In this document: positions 16,894 through 27,800 of the stretch, one piece after another
How the letters are laid out: every line of letters starts with the position of its first letter
Numbering within the stretch: position 1 is the first letter of the stretch
The notes under the pieces: model-generated
What the model saw: the letters and a program-made list of their open reading frames with translations, nothing else
Told to the model about the DNA's origin: nothing
Database searches by the model: none
Assembly: GCA_049800655.1 (NCBI GenBank)
Contig: JBARKF010000310.1
Span: forward strand, 2,835 to 66,834
Direction: 5' to 3'
DNA from: Candidatus Cybelea sp.
GTDB taxonomy: Bacteria; Vulcanimicrobiota; Vulcanimicrobiia; Vulcanimicrobiales; Vulcanimicrobiaceae
Length of the DNA: 64,000 nt
Translations under genes and position numbers: made by a program

Positions 16894-18387
16894 TCAAGCG
16901 ACCGACTCGAGCGATTTCGGTTGCGCCACGATCGTCTTGGCGTGGGTGTACCAGACGAGTCCGGGCGGTGCGGCCCGTTGCTTGCGGACGTGTTTGCGTA
17001 GCGTGTAATCAACCGCCACCGAGGTGGCCGTCCTGGCCCGTGAATAATAGGCGGCCAGCGACGCCGCTAATTCGAGGTCCTCGTTCGGGGCGGCCGTGCG
17101 ATCGTCGCGCGCGAGGATCACGTGCGCTCCCGGAATCCCTTGGGCGTGAAACCAGACGTCGTTGGGACGAGCGATGCGGAAGGTCAACTCCGCGTTCTCA
17201 ACGGGCGATCGTCCGACCGCGATACGCGATCCTCGGGCGGTTCGCAGCTCGAGCCGAATTCGCTTTCGCTTTGCCGGAGCGTCCACTGCTGCCGGCGTGC
17301 TCCGCTTCGGACCGAACTCGGCTGCGGCGGCTTCGACGGTAGCGAGATCCTCGTCAGCGGTGCGCTCCGCCTCCCAGCGAAGCATTTCGATGGCGTCGAT
17401 GCCGGCGCGGACCGTACGTTCCCGCGTATCGAAGTGCGGGATGCTCTTGCCAAACCGCTTGTACTCGGCGAAAAGCACTACCGCCTGCTCCTTGGCCGCA
17501 TCGTGCTCTTCGCCGGGAAGCGTATGCAGCGTTGCGAAGATCTGCTCGCCTCGTTCGCGCAGCTCGTCGCGGCGCTCGGCTCGTCGGCGCTTCTCTGAGA
17601 GTTTTGCGAGTTCGTCTTGCAGCTTTCGCTCGCGCGCATCCAATCGTTTGATGAGTGCGCGCCGGCGCGTGGCGGTCCGGTCGTTGCCCAAACGTTGCGA
17701 TTGCTGGCCGCGAAGTTCGGCGAAGATCTCCAGTACCGAGTCTTCGCGCGAAAGTACGGCATCCTCGAATCCTTGCAGCGGCGCGACATATGCCTGCAGC
17801 AGCCTACCGTCGCGGCGATAGACGTAGAGCGGCTCCGAGCCCTCCTCGGCGCGTTCCGATGCGAGCGGCGCCAACATATTTTGACGCTCGGGCAACGGCG
17901 GTAACGCGTACGGCTGCCCGATCAAAACCGCGCGGCGAGGATTTTCGGAGAGCGGAAACTCCTTGCGCGCGGCGATGACGTTGCCGCCCTTGACGAGTAT
18001 CAGATTCCCGTAGCGAGGCACCAGCTCGAGGTAAAGATCGATCTCTTCGCCGACCCCGAACCGCGAGCGCGCCGCAAAACGCAAGCGCACGAGGCGGTCG
18101 TAGCGCCGCGACGTCGCACTGACCAGCATCATTCCGCGCAGCGTACGCGCCAGCACGCGTACGAACCCCGGCTCGACGGCGATGCCCAGCTCCCCCTCTT
18201 CGAGCGTCACGAGCGGAGGCGACGAAAAAAGATCGATCGCCAGCAGTGCTGCCACACCCCGCCGACGGAAGAGCAGCGCGATGCGTCCGTCGGGCAGCAG
18301 CCCGGCGTCGTCGAGACGTGCCCCGCCTAGGCGAAACTCGATTTCGCGGACGAGCCGATGGATAAGGACCCAGTCGGTCAGCATCAA
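16894..18387 (-). CDS. NFACT-family protein (RqcH/FbpA-like ribosome quality control factor)
   Basis: An NFACT-N-like N-terminus and a central coiled coil are followed by a C-terminal NFACT-R/DUF814 block: IAVGRSPVENAELTFRIARPNDVWFHAQGIPGAHVIL. Confidence 0.8.
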   Translation of the reverse strand: MMLTDWVLIHRLVREIEFRLGGARLDDAGLLPDGRIALLFRRRGVAALLAIDLFSSPPLVTLEEGELGIAVEPGFVRVLARTLRGMMLVSATSRRYDRLVRLRFAARSRFGVGEEIDLYLELVPRYGNLILVKGGNVIAARKEFPLSENPRRAVLIGQPYALPPLPERQNMLAPLASERAEEGSEPLYVYRRDGRLLQAYVAPLQGFEDAVLSREDSVLEIFAELRGQQSQRLGNDRTATRRRALIKRLDARERKLQDELAKLSEKRRRAERRDELRERGEQIFATLHTLPGEEHDAAKEQAVVLFAEYKRFGKSIPHFDTRERTVRAGIDAIEMLRWEAERTADEDLATVEAAAAEFGPKRSTPAAVDAPAKRKRIRLELRTARGSRIAVGRSPVENAELTFRIARPNDVWFHAQGIPGAHVILARDDRTAAPNEDLELAASLAAYYSRARTATSVAVDYTLRKHVRKQRAAPPGLVWYTHAKTIVAQPKSLESVA

Positions 18388-18398
18388 ACGTACTTATC

Positions 18399-18836
18399 GT
18401 GAGAATCGCAATCGCCTTGGCCGCCGCAGCCTTGTTAGCGGCGTGCAGCAGCTCCCCGTCGTCGCCCGCGCCGCACGGATGGCAGCCCATTGCGGGCACG
18501 ACCAATGCGTGGTCGACCGGGCACGGCGCCGAGCACGAAGAGTACTATTATGTGACGACGCCGTTCAGCGGAACGCTTTCGGATCTCGCCTCACACGTGA
18601 CGGTCGAGGCGCTGATGCGCTACCGTGGTTCTCGATTTCACGGAAGCATTCCATTCGGACCCTGTCCCGGCGCGGCCGGGATCGCGACGTTCGTGCTGCC
18701 CAATGGGGCAACGCTAGAGGAGGGCTTCGCGGTCCGGAAGGGTCAGGCGATCCAGGTTCGCTACCTGCGCCCGACCGGCGCCCCCTTCGATCCGAACGTC
18801 ACGCTGGCGATGCATACCGCGCTCTGCACGTTGTAG
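18399..18836 (+). CDS. Hypothetical lipoprotein
   Basis: GTG start with signal plus lipobox MRIAIALAAAALLAAC. It sits only 11 bp from the divergent NFACT start. Confidence 0.55.
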   Translation: MRIAIALAAAALLAACSSSPSSPAPHGWQPIAGTTNAWSTGHGAEHEEYYYVTTPFSGTLSDLASHVTVEALMRYRGSRFHGSIPFGPCPGAAGIATFVLPNGATLEEGFAVRKGQAIQVRYLRPTGAPFDPNVTLAMHTALCTL

Positions 18837-18876
18837 AAGGAGGCCGACCGGCTGCTAGGTCAACCACCCGGGCAGC

Positions 18877-19512
18877 GTGAACGGAGAAGGGTTGATCACG
18901 GGGCCGGGTCTGCTGTTCGTCGTATCCGGGCCCTCGGGGGCCGGCAAAGACACGCTCGTTGAGGGGCTACGAGAGCAGCGCTCCAGCCTGCGGTACTCGA
19001 TCTCGGCCACCACGCGCGCGCCCCGCCCCGGGGAACGCGACGCCGAACATTATTTCTTCGTTTCGAAGAGAGAGTTCGAGCAGCGCCGCGAGGAGGGCGG
19101 TCTTTTGGAGTGGCGCGAGTACGGCGGCAACCTTTACGGGACGCCGCGTGATTACGTCGAGCGGAGCGTGCGCGAGGGCTACGACGTCATCATGAAGCCT
19201 GAGGTCAACGGCGCTCTCGCGGTGAAGGCGGCGTATCCGGACGCCGTGCTGATCTTTCTCGTCCCGGACCGGTTCTCGCAACTTCGCGAACGACTGCTCG
19301 CCCGTCGCACCGAGACGAACGAGGAGATCGCGCGGCGACTCGAGGACGCGCGGCAGGAGATGAAGTTCATTCGCAGGTTCGATTATATCGTCGTCAACGC
19401 CCAAGACCGTCCGGAGGAGGCGGTGCGGGACCTAGACGCAATCTTGCAAGCGGAGCGCTTTCGGATCCATCGATACCCCGATGACTCGATCCGGCGGGTC
19501 GAATCGTCTTGA
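18877..19512 (+). CDS. gmk: Guanylate kinase
   Basis: P-loop LFVVSGPSGAGKDTL, SATTRAPRPGE and YGT are present. Confidence 0.95.
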   Translation: MNGEGLITGPGLLFVVSGPSGAGKDTLVEGLREQRSSLRYSISATTRAPRPGERDAEHYFFVSKREFEQRREEGGLLEWREYGGNLYGTPRDYVERSVREGYDVIMKPEVNGALAVKAAYPDAVLIFLVPDRFSQLRERLLARRTETNEEIARRLEDARQEMKFIRRFDYIVVNAQDRPEEAVRDLDAILQAERFRIHRYPDDSIRRVESS

Positions 19513-19548
19513 CAACGCTAAAACACTTAAGGAAAGAATCAATCATAC

Positions 19549-19821
19549 ATGAGTAAGTCTGTCTTCGGCGATTTGGACGCGCTCCTCGAGCATGCCGATT
19601 CCAAGTTCAGCCTGGTCAACATCGTTACCAAACGCGCGCGTCAGCTGAACAATTGGATTCGGGTCGCGCAGCTACCGGCCACCGATCGCCGCGAGTATTT
19701 CGCGAGCGAGCCGCTCGTCGACCGCGAAACCATCAATCCCAATAAGCCCGTCTCGATCGCTCTCGACGAGATCGCCGAAGGAAAAATCAACTATCGCCGC
19801 ACGCGCGAAGGAATAAAGTGA
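19549..19821 (+). CDS. rpoZ: DNA-directed RNA polymerase subunit omega
   Basis: 90 aa with SKFSLVNIVTKRARQLN. It follows gmk, the conserved arrangement. Confidence 0.9.
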   Translation: MSKSVFGDLDALLEHADSKFSLVNIVTKRARQLNNWIRVAQLPATDRREYFASEPLVDRETINPNKPVSIALDEIAEGKINYRRTREGIK

Positions 19822-19835
19822 CCCTGCAATGGGGG

Positions 19836-19891
19836 CCCCAACGGCTCAGCCGTTGGGGGGCGTGCAGGCGCGAAGCGCCGGAGCGCCTTTT
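19836..19891 (+). terminator. rpoZ terminator region: perfect 10-bp hairpin plus a second GC hairpin followed by TTTT
   Basis: CCCCAACGGC (19836-45) pairs with GCCGTTGGGG (19849-58). GGCGC (19867-71) can pair with GCGCC at 19875-79 or at 19883-87, the latter followed by TTTT (19888-91). Confidence 0.55.
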
Positions 19892-19938
19892 AAAAGACAC
19901 ATGCGGGGTCCCCGCCGTGCGGAGCACGGAGGGGTAGC

Positions 19939-21779
<1,841 letters not shown>

Positions 21780-21780
<1 letters not shown>

Positions 21781-22520
21781 TGGTTCGCAGCGACCGGCGT
21801 GCCTCCGACGAGCTGCGACCGGTGACGATCGAGCCGGGTTTTTTAAAGTACGCCGAGGGCAGCGTGCTCATCAGCGTCGGCAACACGCGGCTCATCTGCG
21901 CCGCATCCCTCGAAGAGCGCGTTCCCGCATGGATGAAGGGACGCGGCCTTGGGTGGGTGACCGCCGAGTATGCGATGCTGCCGCGCGCGACGCAGGAGCG
22001 CACCCAGCGCGAAGTCTCGAAAGGGCGTCCGGGCGGGCGAACGCAGGAGATCCAACGCATCATCGGGCGCGCGTTGCGCGCCGTGACCGACACGGCCAAG
22101 CTCGGCGAGCGCACCGTATGGGTCGACTGCGACGTCATCCAGGCGGACGGCGGTACGCGCACGGCCGCGGTTACGGGCGCGTACGTCGCGCTGGCGCTCG
22201 CGTTACGGGTGCGTTTCGATCCGGCCGACCGGGCGCGCTGGCCGCTGACCGCGATGGTCGCGGCAACGAGCGTCGGAATCGTGGCTGGGCAGCCGATGCT
22301 CGATCTTGCGTACGACGAGGATAGCCAGGCCCTCGTCGATATGAACGTCTTCATGACCGACGCCGGCCGTTTCGTCGAGCTCCAAGGCACGGCCGAAGCG
22401 GCTCCCTTCGACCGGCGCGACCTCACGACGCTCCTTGCGCTGGCGGAGAGCGGAATCGAACGGCTCTTTGCGCTACAGCACGCGGCGCTCGACGCAACGC
22501 TCCCCGTCCATGTCCATTGA
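21780..22520 (+). CDS. rph: Ribonuclease PH
   Basis: [43 protein letters not shown] and [14 protein letters not shown] are typical. ATG 21780 overlaps the glmS stop (TGATG). Confidence 0.95.
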
Positions 22521-22851
22521 CCCTCGATTGACCGATCTCGTCACGCGCGTCGGTGCTTTCCACATTACCCATCGCGCGACTAAACAGGCGCAGCGCAGGA
22601 TCGAAGCCGCCATTCGTAACGGCGCCGTGGATGAGGCGACTCGCAGCGCATACATGAGTACCGTCCGGCGGTATTTCGAGGAGTTCGACCGCGAGGCTCG
22701 CGCAAATCTACGCGACGTTGACCGGAGGCTCGAGCACGTCAATCAAGTACGGTTCAACCTCACCGCCGAGCGCGGCGTTGCGGTCAAGCGAATCGAAGGC
22801 ACGCAAAGCGTGCTCGCCGCACTCGACGAGGTCGAGGCCGGAGCGCCGTGA
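22510..22851 (+). CDS. Hypothetical helical protein, coupled between rph and mlaE
   Basis: ATG 22510. 113 aa with no recognisable family. Its stop overlaps the GTG start of mlaE (GTGA). Confidence 0.55.
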   Translation: MSIDPRLTDLVTRVGAFHITHRATKQAQRRIEAAIRNGAVDEATRSAYMSTVRRYFEEFDREARANLRDVDRRLEHVNQVRFNLTAERGVAVKRIEGTQSVLAALDEVEAGAP

Positions 22852-23618
22852 GACTGCTCGACCGGTTCGGGCGCGCCACGGTCGATTTCTTCGAATACGC
22901 CGGCGGTCTCACGCTGCTCTCGGCGGAGTCGGCCGGGTTCATGGTGCGCCTTCGCATTCGCCTCTCCGAGACGATTTCGCAATGCGCGCTCTTAGGCGTA
23001 CAGTCGCTCGTCATCGTAATGCTCACCTCACTCTTCACCGGCATGGTGATCTCGCTCGAGTCGGCGCAGCAAGCCGTCGCCTACGGCTTCGCCAACGTCG
23101 TGGGCGGCGCCGTTGCCTATGGTACCGTCCGCGAGCTCGGGCCGATGCTGACGGCGGTTGTCGTCGCCGGTCGCGTCGGCTCTGCTATCGCTGCCGAGCT
23201 CGGTTCGATGGTCGTCACCGAACAGATCGAGGCGCTGCGCTCGATGGGCCTGGAGCCGCCGCGTTTTCTGGTCGTGCCGCGCTTAACCGCATTACTGCTG
23301 ATGCTGCCGCTGCTGACGATCTTCGCCGATGTGGTTTCGATTCTCGGCGGCGCGTGGATCGCGCAGACCTACGCGCACATTCCCTACAGTTCGTTTTTCA
23401 CGTCGGTGCGCCAGTCGATCAGCTTCAGCGACGTGCTCAAGGGCGTCTTCAAGGCGTTCGTCTTCGCCACGATCATCGCGATGGTCGGCGCATACCAGGG
23501 GCTCTCGACGCGCGGCGGCGCCGCCGGCGTCGGGCAGTCGACGACCGGAGCCGTCGTGATCGCGATTATCCTGATTTTTGTCTCGAACTTCATCATGTCG
23601 TTTCTGCTCTTCGGTTAA
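22848..23618 (+). CDS. mlaE: MlaE/YrbE-family ABC transporter permease
   Basis: VRELGPMLTAVVVAGRVGSAIAAELGSMVVTEQIEALRSMG is the signature block of MlaE permeases. Confidence 0.92.
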   Translation: MRLLDRFGRATVDFFEYAGGLTLLSAESAGFMVRLRIRLSETISQCALLGVQSLVIVMLTSLFTGMVISLESAQQAVAYGFANVVGGAVAYGTVRELGPMLTAVVVAGRVGSAIAAELGSMVVTEQIEALRSMGLEPPRFLVVPRLTALLLMLPLLTIFADVVSILGGAWIAQTYAHIPYSSFFTSVRQSISFSDVLKGVFKAFVFATIIAMVGAYQGLSTRGGAAGVGQSTTGAVVIAIILIFVSNFIMSFLLFG

Positions 23619-23625
23619 ACGGTAT

Positions 23626-24396
23626 ATGAGCGAGCACGACGATTCGAAGGTCATCGCGCGAATGGAAGACGTTTCGCTCGCTTTCGGAGAGAACGTCGTC
23701 CTCAAGAATTGCAGCCTGGACATCGTCGAGGGAGCGATTACCTGCATCATCGGACTCTCCGGCGCCGGAAAGTCGACGATTTTGCGCCTCCTCGACGGGC
23801 TGATGCTTCCCAACTCGGGGCACGTCTATATACGCGGCCGCGACATCTGCCATCTCTCCGAGGAGCAACTCAATCGCGTCCGGCAGAAGATCAGTCTTTC
23901 TTTTCAGTTTTCGGCGCTGCTCGACAGTCTCACGGTCGGCGAAAACGTTGCGCTCCCGCTGCGCGAACACACGACGCTCTCGGAAGCCGAGATCCGGCGC
24001 ACGGCCACCGACGCGCTCGACAGCGTCGGGCTCTCGCATGCGTACGAAAGTTTGCCGAGCGAGCTTTCCGGCGGCATGCTGAAGCGAGCCGGTTTCGCTC
24101 GCGCAATCGTTACACGGCCGGAGCTGGTGCTCTACGACGAACCCACGACCGGCCTCGATCCGATCGTCACCAATCTCATTACGGACACGATCGTGAAGCT
24201 TCGCCGCAAGCTCAATGGAACGGCGGTCGTGATTTCTCACGACCTTCCGTCGATTTTTGCGATGTCCGATTACGTCGCAATGCTCTTCGAAGGTGCGATT
24301 ATTGCTTACGACACCGCCGAGCGCATCCGCAACTCGACGAATCCCATCCTCGTTCAATTTCTTCAGGGGTCAGAGGTTGGGCCGATCCCGATTTAG
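23626..24396 (+). CDS. mlaF: MlaF-like ABC transporter ATP-binding protein
   Basis: Walker A GLSGAGKST, ABC signature LSGGMLKR and Walker B VLYDEPTTGLD are present. The start was trimmed to ATG 23626. Confidence 0.92.
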   Translation: MSEHDDSKVIARMEDVSLAFGENVVLKNCSLDIVEGAITCIIGLSGAGKSTILRLLDGLMLPNSGHVYIRGRDICHLSEEQLNRVRQKISLSFQFSALLDSLTVGENVALPLREHTTLSEAEIRRTATDALDSVGLSHAYESLPSELSGGMLKRAGFARAIVTRPELVLYDEPTTGLDPIVTNLITDTIVKLRRKLNGTAVVISHDLPSIFAMSDYVAMLFEGAIIAYDTAERIRNSTNPILVQFLQGSEVGPIPI

Positions 24397-24446
24397 CCGG
24401 CTGCCCGCGAGGCTCTTCCTGCCGAAATGAGTAATAGGTAGCTCGT

Positions 24447-26018
24447 ATGACCAGGCAAGCACAAGTTGGCGCGTTCGCGATCGTGGCCTTGCTGTTGCTC
24501 TTCGGCGTATTCTATGTCGTCACGGATTTCGGAACGCGACACACGGGCTACCGGGTCGGCGTGCATTTTGGGTCGGCAGCAGGGCTGACGCCTGGAGCGC
24601 TGGTCTACTTCAGCGGCGTCTCCATCGGCTCGGTCGATTCGATCGTGCTCCTGCCCGACAACACGGTCGATGTGATTTTAGCCGTCAATCGTGACGTCGA
24701 CATTCCGGCCGCCTCGCGCTTTTTGATCACCGCGCCACTGACGGGATCGCCCTCGCTCACGATCGTTCCGCCGCGAGAAAAGCCGCCGCTGCCGCTCTTA
24801 CCGCGTCAGGTCTTGCCGATTGCCGATCAGCCGAAAGGCAGTAACACCGCCACGATTGCCGACTTGCTCGAGCAGGGGCAAGGAGAGCTCAAGCGTTTCG
24901 ACAGCGTGATGGGGCTGATCGAGCAACGCACCCCAAAGTTGCTCAATACGCTGCAGACCACCCTGAATAACGCGAACGATTTGACGGTATCGAGTAAGGC
25001 CGAGCTGCAGCGTCTTACCGGCGAGTTTCTAGCCCTCGGCTCGAGCTTGCAAGGAAACTTGGGCCAAGCCAGCGCGAACGTCCTCCAGCTGTCGTCGACC
25101 TTAAACAGCGCAGCGACGATCGATTCCAAAAAGGTCGGCACGCTGCTCGATCAATTTCAATCGACGGCTGCCTCGCTGAATCGCTCGATGACCGCACTGC
25201 AGGACTTCGCGACCGATCCTCGCCTCAAGGCGAACATCATGGCGACGACCCAAAACATTGCCGATACGACGCAGACGCTTGCCGCGCTGACGAAAGACCT
25301 GCGCACCGTCACCGGAAATCCGCAGACCCAAGCGCAGATGCGTGACACGATCGCGAATCTCGACGCCGTATTGCAAAAGGCGAACGCCCTGCTTGCCGAG
25401 CTGGGCGGCACGAGCAGCGTCTACGGCGTCGATGCGGGCGCGACGCCTGCGCCCCTAACGGTACCGAGCGGCTCACCCTATCCGAACACCTATCCGAATG
25501 CCTCTCCGGCGCCGGCAGGAACGCCCGCGGGCATCTCGCCCGAGGCGCGAGCCAAGCTGCAAGGAAAGCTCTCCCAGCTGGCGCGCAATTTAGTCGCGAT
25601 CCAGGTGCGGTTGAGTGGGCTCTCGCCCCAGCATAACCCGGGGTTGAATCCGGTCCTTACCACCAGCCAAGGTCCGCTCGGCGACATCAATCTCGTCGTG
25701 CTGCCGCACAGCAGCACGAGCGTGATGTTCGGGGCGAATGCCATCGGCAACAACACGACGTGGAACGCGGTGCTGCAAAAGAATATGGGCGAGTTCCATA
25801 TCGCCGGCGGCGTGCTCTATTCACAAATCGGCGTGTTGGGTCAATACGCCCCGATTCACGGGCTTGGTTTCGAAACGCGCATCTACGACCTGACCTATCC
25901 GATGATCGACGTCTACGGCAACCTGCACGTCGCTCCCAGCGCCGAGCTCTTTTTCGGTCAACGTGACATCACGCACGCATCGCGGCGCAACACCTTCGGC
26001 TTCCAATACCAGTTTTAA
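24447..26018 (+). CDS. mlaD: MlaD/MCE-domain protein with a long helical extension and a beta-signal-like C-terminus
   Basis: An N-terminal TM segment (FAIVALLLLFGVFYVV) is followed by an MCE domain (YRVGVHFGSAAGLTPGALVYFSGVSIGSVDSI) and about 180 aa of Q/L/T/N-rich helix. A Pro-rich linker leads to a strand-like tail ending RNTFGFQYQF. Confidence 0.88.
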   Translation: MTRQAQVGAFAIVALLLLFGVFYVVTDFGTRHTGYRVGVHFGSAAGLTPGALVYFSGVSIGSVDSIVLLPDNTVDVILAVNRDVDIPAASRFLITAPLTGSPSLTIVPPREKPPLPLLPRQVLPIADQPKGSNTATIADLLEQGQGELKRFDSVMGLIEQRTPKLLNTLQTTLNNANDLTVSSKAELQRLTGEFLALGSSLQGNLGQASANVLQLSSTLNSAATIDSKKVGTLLDQFQSTAASLNRSMTALQDFATDPRLKANIMATTQNIADTTQTLAALTKDLRTVTGNPQTQAQMRDTIANLDAVLQKANALLAELGGTSSVYGVDAGATPAPLTVPSGSPYPNTYPNASPAPAGTPAGISPEARAKLQGKLSQLARNLVAIQVRLSGLSPQHNPGLNPVLTTSQGPLGDINLVVLPHSSTSVMFGANAIGNNTTWNAVLQKNMGEFHIAGGVLYSQIGVLGQYAPIHGLGFETRIYDLTYPMIDVYGNLHVAPSAELFFGQRDITHASRRNTFGFQYQF

Positions 26019-26026
26019 GGAACCTA

Positions 26027-26998
26027 ATGGCTGAGGAGACTGCGCGCCCGCGAATTGGAATCATCGGTGCCGGCGCGATGGGTACGCTCTTTGGCTTCCA
26101 TCTCGCAGCGAGCTGCGACGTGACGATGCTCGATGACAACCCGCAGACCGCTCGCGCCGTGGAGCGCGAAGGCCTGCGTGTGAACGACGAGCCTGCACGC
26201 ACAGTCCGCGTCGCGCAGCGTGCTCGCGATCTCTACGGGTCGCAGATGCTCTTTCTCTTCGTTAAGGCGGTCGACACGCTGCGCGCGCTACGAGCCTTCG
26301 CCGGCGAGCTCGATCCCGCCGCGCCGGTCATTTCGTTGCAAAACGGCATCGGTAACGAAGACGCGATCAAGACGGCGTTGGGCGGAGCAGTGCCGGTCAT
26401 TCTGGGGATCACCACCGAGTCGTCCCAGACGGTTGGGGCCGGCCACGTGCGAAGCTCGGAAGAAGGGAATACGATCATCGGCACGACGAGCGCGTCCTCA
26501 ACGACGGCGCGAACGGTTACCGAGCTGTTGACGCGCAGCGGCCTGCGCGCCTCGGTCGTCTACGATATTCGGCCGCACCTGTGGGGCAAATTGGTCGCCA
26601 ATGCCGCCGTTAACGCAATCTCAGCGTTGCTCGATTGCGACGCGGGCGAGATTCCCCGCGACCCGAATGCCGCGCGGCTGGCCGAGGCACTCGCCGAAGA
26701 AACCGCGGGGGTTGCCGCCGCGCTAAAAATCAACCTTCCGTTTGTGGACCCCTGGCAGTACGTGACGGAGGTTGTGGCACTGGGCGCCGATGCCAAGAGC
26801 TCGATGGCGTACGATCTCGCATCGGGCCACCCGAGCGAGATCGACCACATCAACGGAGCGGTCGTGGCGTTTGGACGACGTACCGGGACACCGACGCCTT
26901 ACAACGATGCGATGGTTCGTCTGATCAAAGCCCGCGAAGCGATGCTCGGGCACTCACGGTTGGGGCTGGAGGCGCAACAATCGAATCGCGCCGGATGA
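26027..26998 (+). CDS. panE: 2-dehydropantoate 2-reductase (ketopantoate reductase)
   Basis: The Rossmann start IGIIGAGAMGTLFG, LWGKLVANAAVNAISAL, and SSMAYDL...EIDHINGAVV all fit PanE/ApbA. Confidence 0.88.
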   Translation: MAEETARPRIGIIGAGAMGTLFGFHLAASCDVTMLDDNPQTARAVEREGLRVNDEPARTVRVAQRARDLYGSQMLFLFVKAVDTLRALRAFAGELDPAAPVISLQNGIGNEDAIKTALGGAVPVILGITTESSQTVGAGHVRSSEEGNTIIGTTSASSTTARTVTELLTRSGLRASVVYDIRPHLWGKLVANAAVNAISALLDCDAGEIPRDPNAARLAEALAEETAGVAAALKINLPFVDPWQYVTEVVALGADAKSSMAYDLASGHPSEIDHINGAVVAFGRRTGTPTPYNDAMVRLIKAREAMLGHSRLGLEAQQSNRAG

Positions 26999-27667
26999 CG
27001 TCTCCACGTCGATGCGCTGCGTCGCTCCGCCGTTAACGCTGCCGTCGATCGTCTCAGCTCCTGCGCTCGACGTTCCGCGCAAGCCGAAATCGGTAAAGAG
27101 CACGCCGCCGCCGGTATGGAGGTGCACGCCGAAAGCGGCTTTCGCGCTGATCCGGAGCACGATATCGCCCCGCCGCGTCGAGAAACGCAGGGTTCCCGGC
27201 CAAGTCGCCGCGCCCATCGTGACCGATACGTTTCCTTCACCGGTGGCCGCCTGCGCGTATCCCGGCAACATCACATTGACGTTGCCGCGCTGCGCGACGA
27301 TGCGCGCACTTCCGGAAATATCGGTGACGTTAACGTCGCCCTTGCGCGAATCAACGTCGAGTGTCACTCCGTCGGGAACGCGCACGAGCAGCGCACTCAA
27401 CGGCTGCGGCGCGTTAACGAGCACGCCGTGCGGCATCGGTCGCAACTGGGGCGGAGCAGGCGAGCTCTTTGGCAGTGCCGTCGCCGCGATCGTGAATAGG
27501 TCGCGCGGCTGGCCCGCAGCGGGCTGATATGCGTTCACGGTGCCCGAGCCGGCTCGGACCGCGAGCGTCGCTCCTGGCTTGAGAATGCCGACGGTCGTAA
27601 CGTAGGGCGCTGCGGTGCTGCACGCCGCTAGGATGCAGAGCAGGAGAAGAAGCACTGCGACTCTCAC
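26954..27667 (-). CDS. Lipoprotein with DUF4097-like (putative adhesin, beta-helical) repeats
   Basis: Signal plus lipobox MRVAVLLLLLCILAAC, followed by repeated G.V.V/G.I.L strand motifs (GDVNVTDISGSARIVAQRGNVNV, GNVSVTM, GDIVLRI, GAIRLLR). Confidence 0.65.
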   Translation of the reverse strand: MRVAVLLLLLCILAACSTAAPYVTTVGILKPGATLAVRAGSGTVNAYQPAAGQPRDLFTIAATALPKSSPAPPQLRPMPHGVLVNAPQPLSALLVRVPDGVTLDVDSRKGDVNVTDISGSARIVAQRGNVNVMLPGYAQAATGEGNVSVTMGAATWPGTLRFSTRRGDIVLRISAKAAFGVHLHTGGGVLFTDFGLRGTSSAGAETIDGSVNGGATQRIDVETSSGAIRLLRLQPQP

Positions 27668-27743
27668 CAGCGGCGCCTTCGATGCGTCGTCATCCGGCTA
27701 CTTTGTGCGCCGCGCGCGTGAGCGGGCGGATGGTTAGGCGACG

Positions 27744-27775
27744 GCTTTGTCGAATTAGCGCGCCCAAGGCCGGGA
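27744..27775. repeat. Degenerate copy of the junction of the 49-bp repeat unit found at 31.6-31.7 kb
   Basis: GCTTTGTCGAATTAGCGCGCCCAAGGCCGGGA against GCTTTTGTCGCATTCGTGCCAAGGCCAGGT (31701-31730) gives about 25 matched bases with 3 small gaps, same orientation. Aligned by hand, so chance similarity is not excluded. Confidence 0.35.
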
Positions 27776-27800
27776 CCCCCCGGAATAGGAGCATTTTCCC

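Noticed and set aside
19822-19938. A glmS ribozyme upstream of glmS
   Set aside because: The spacer is only 117 bp, and I could not find the conserved ribozyme core or cleavage-site context. Only generic GC hairpins are present.
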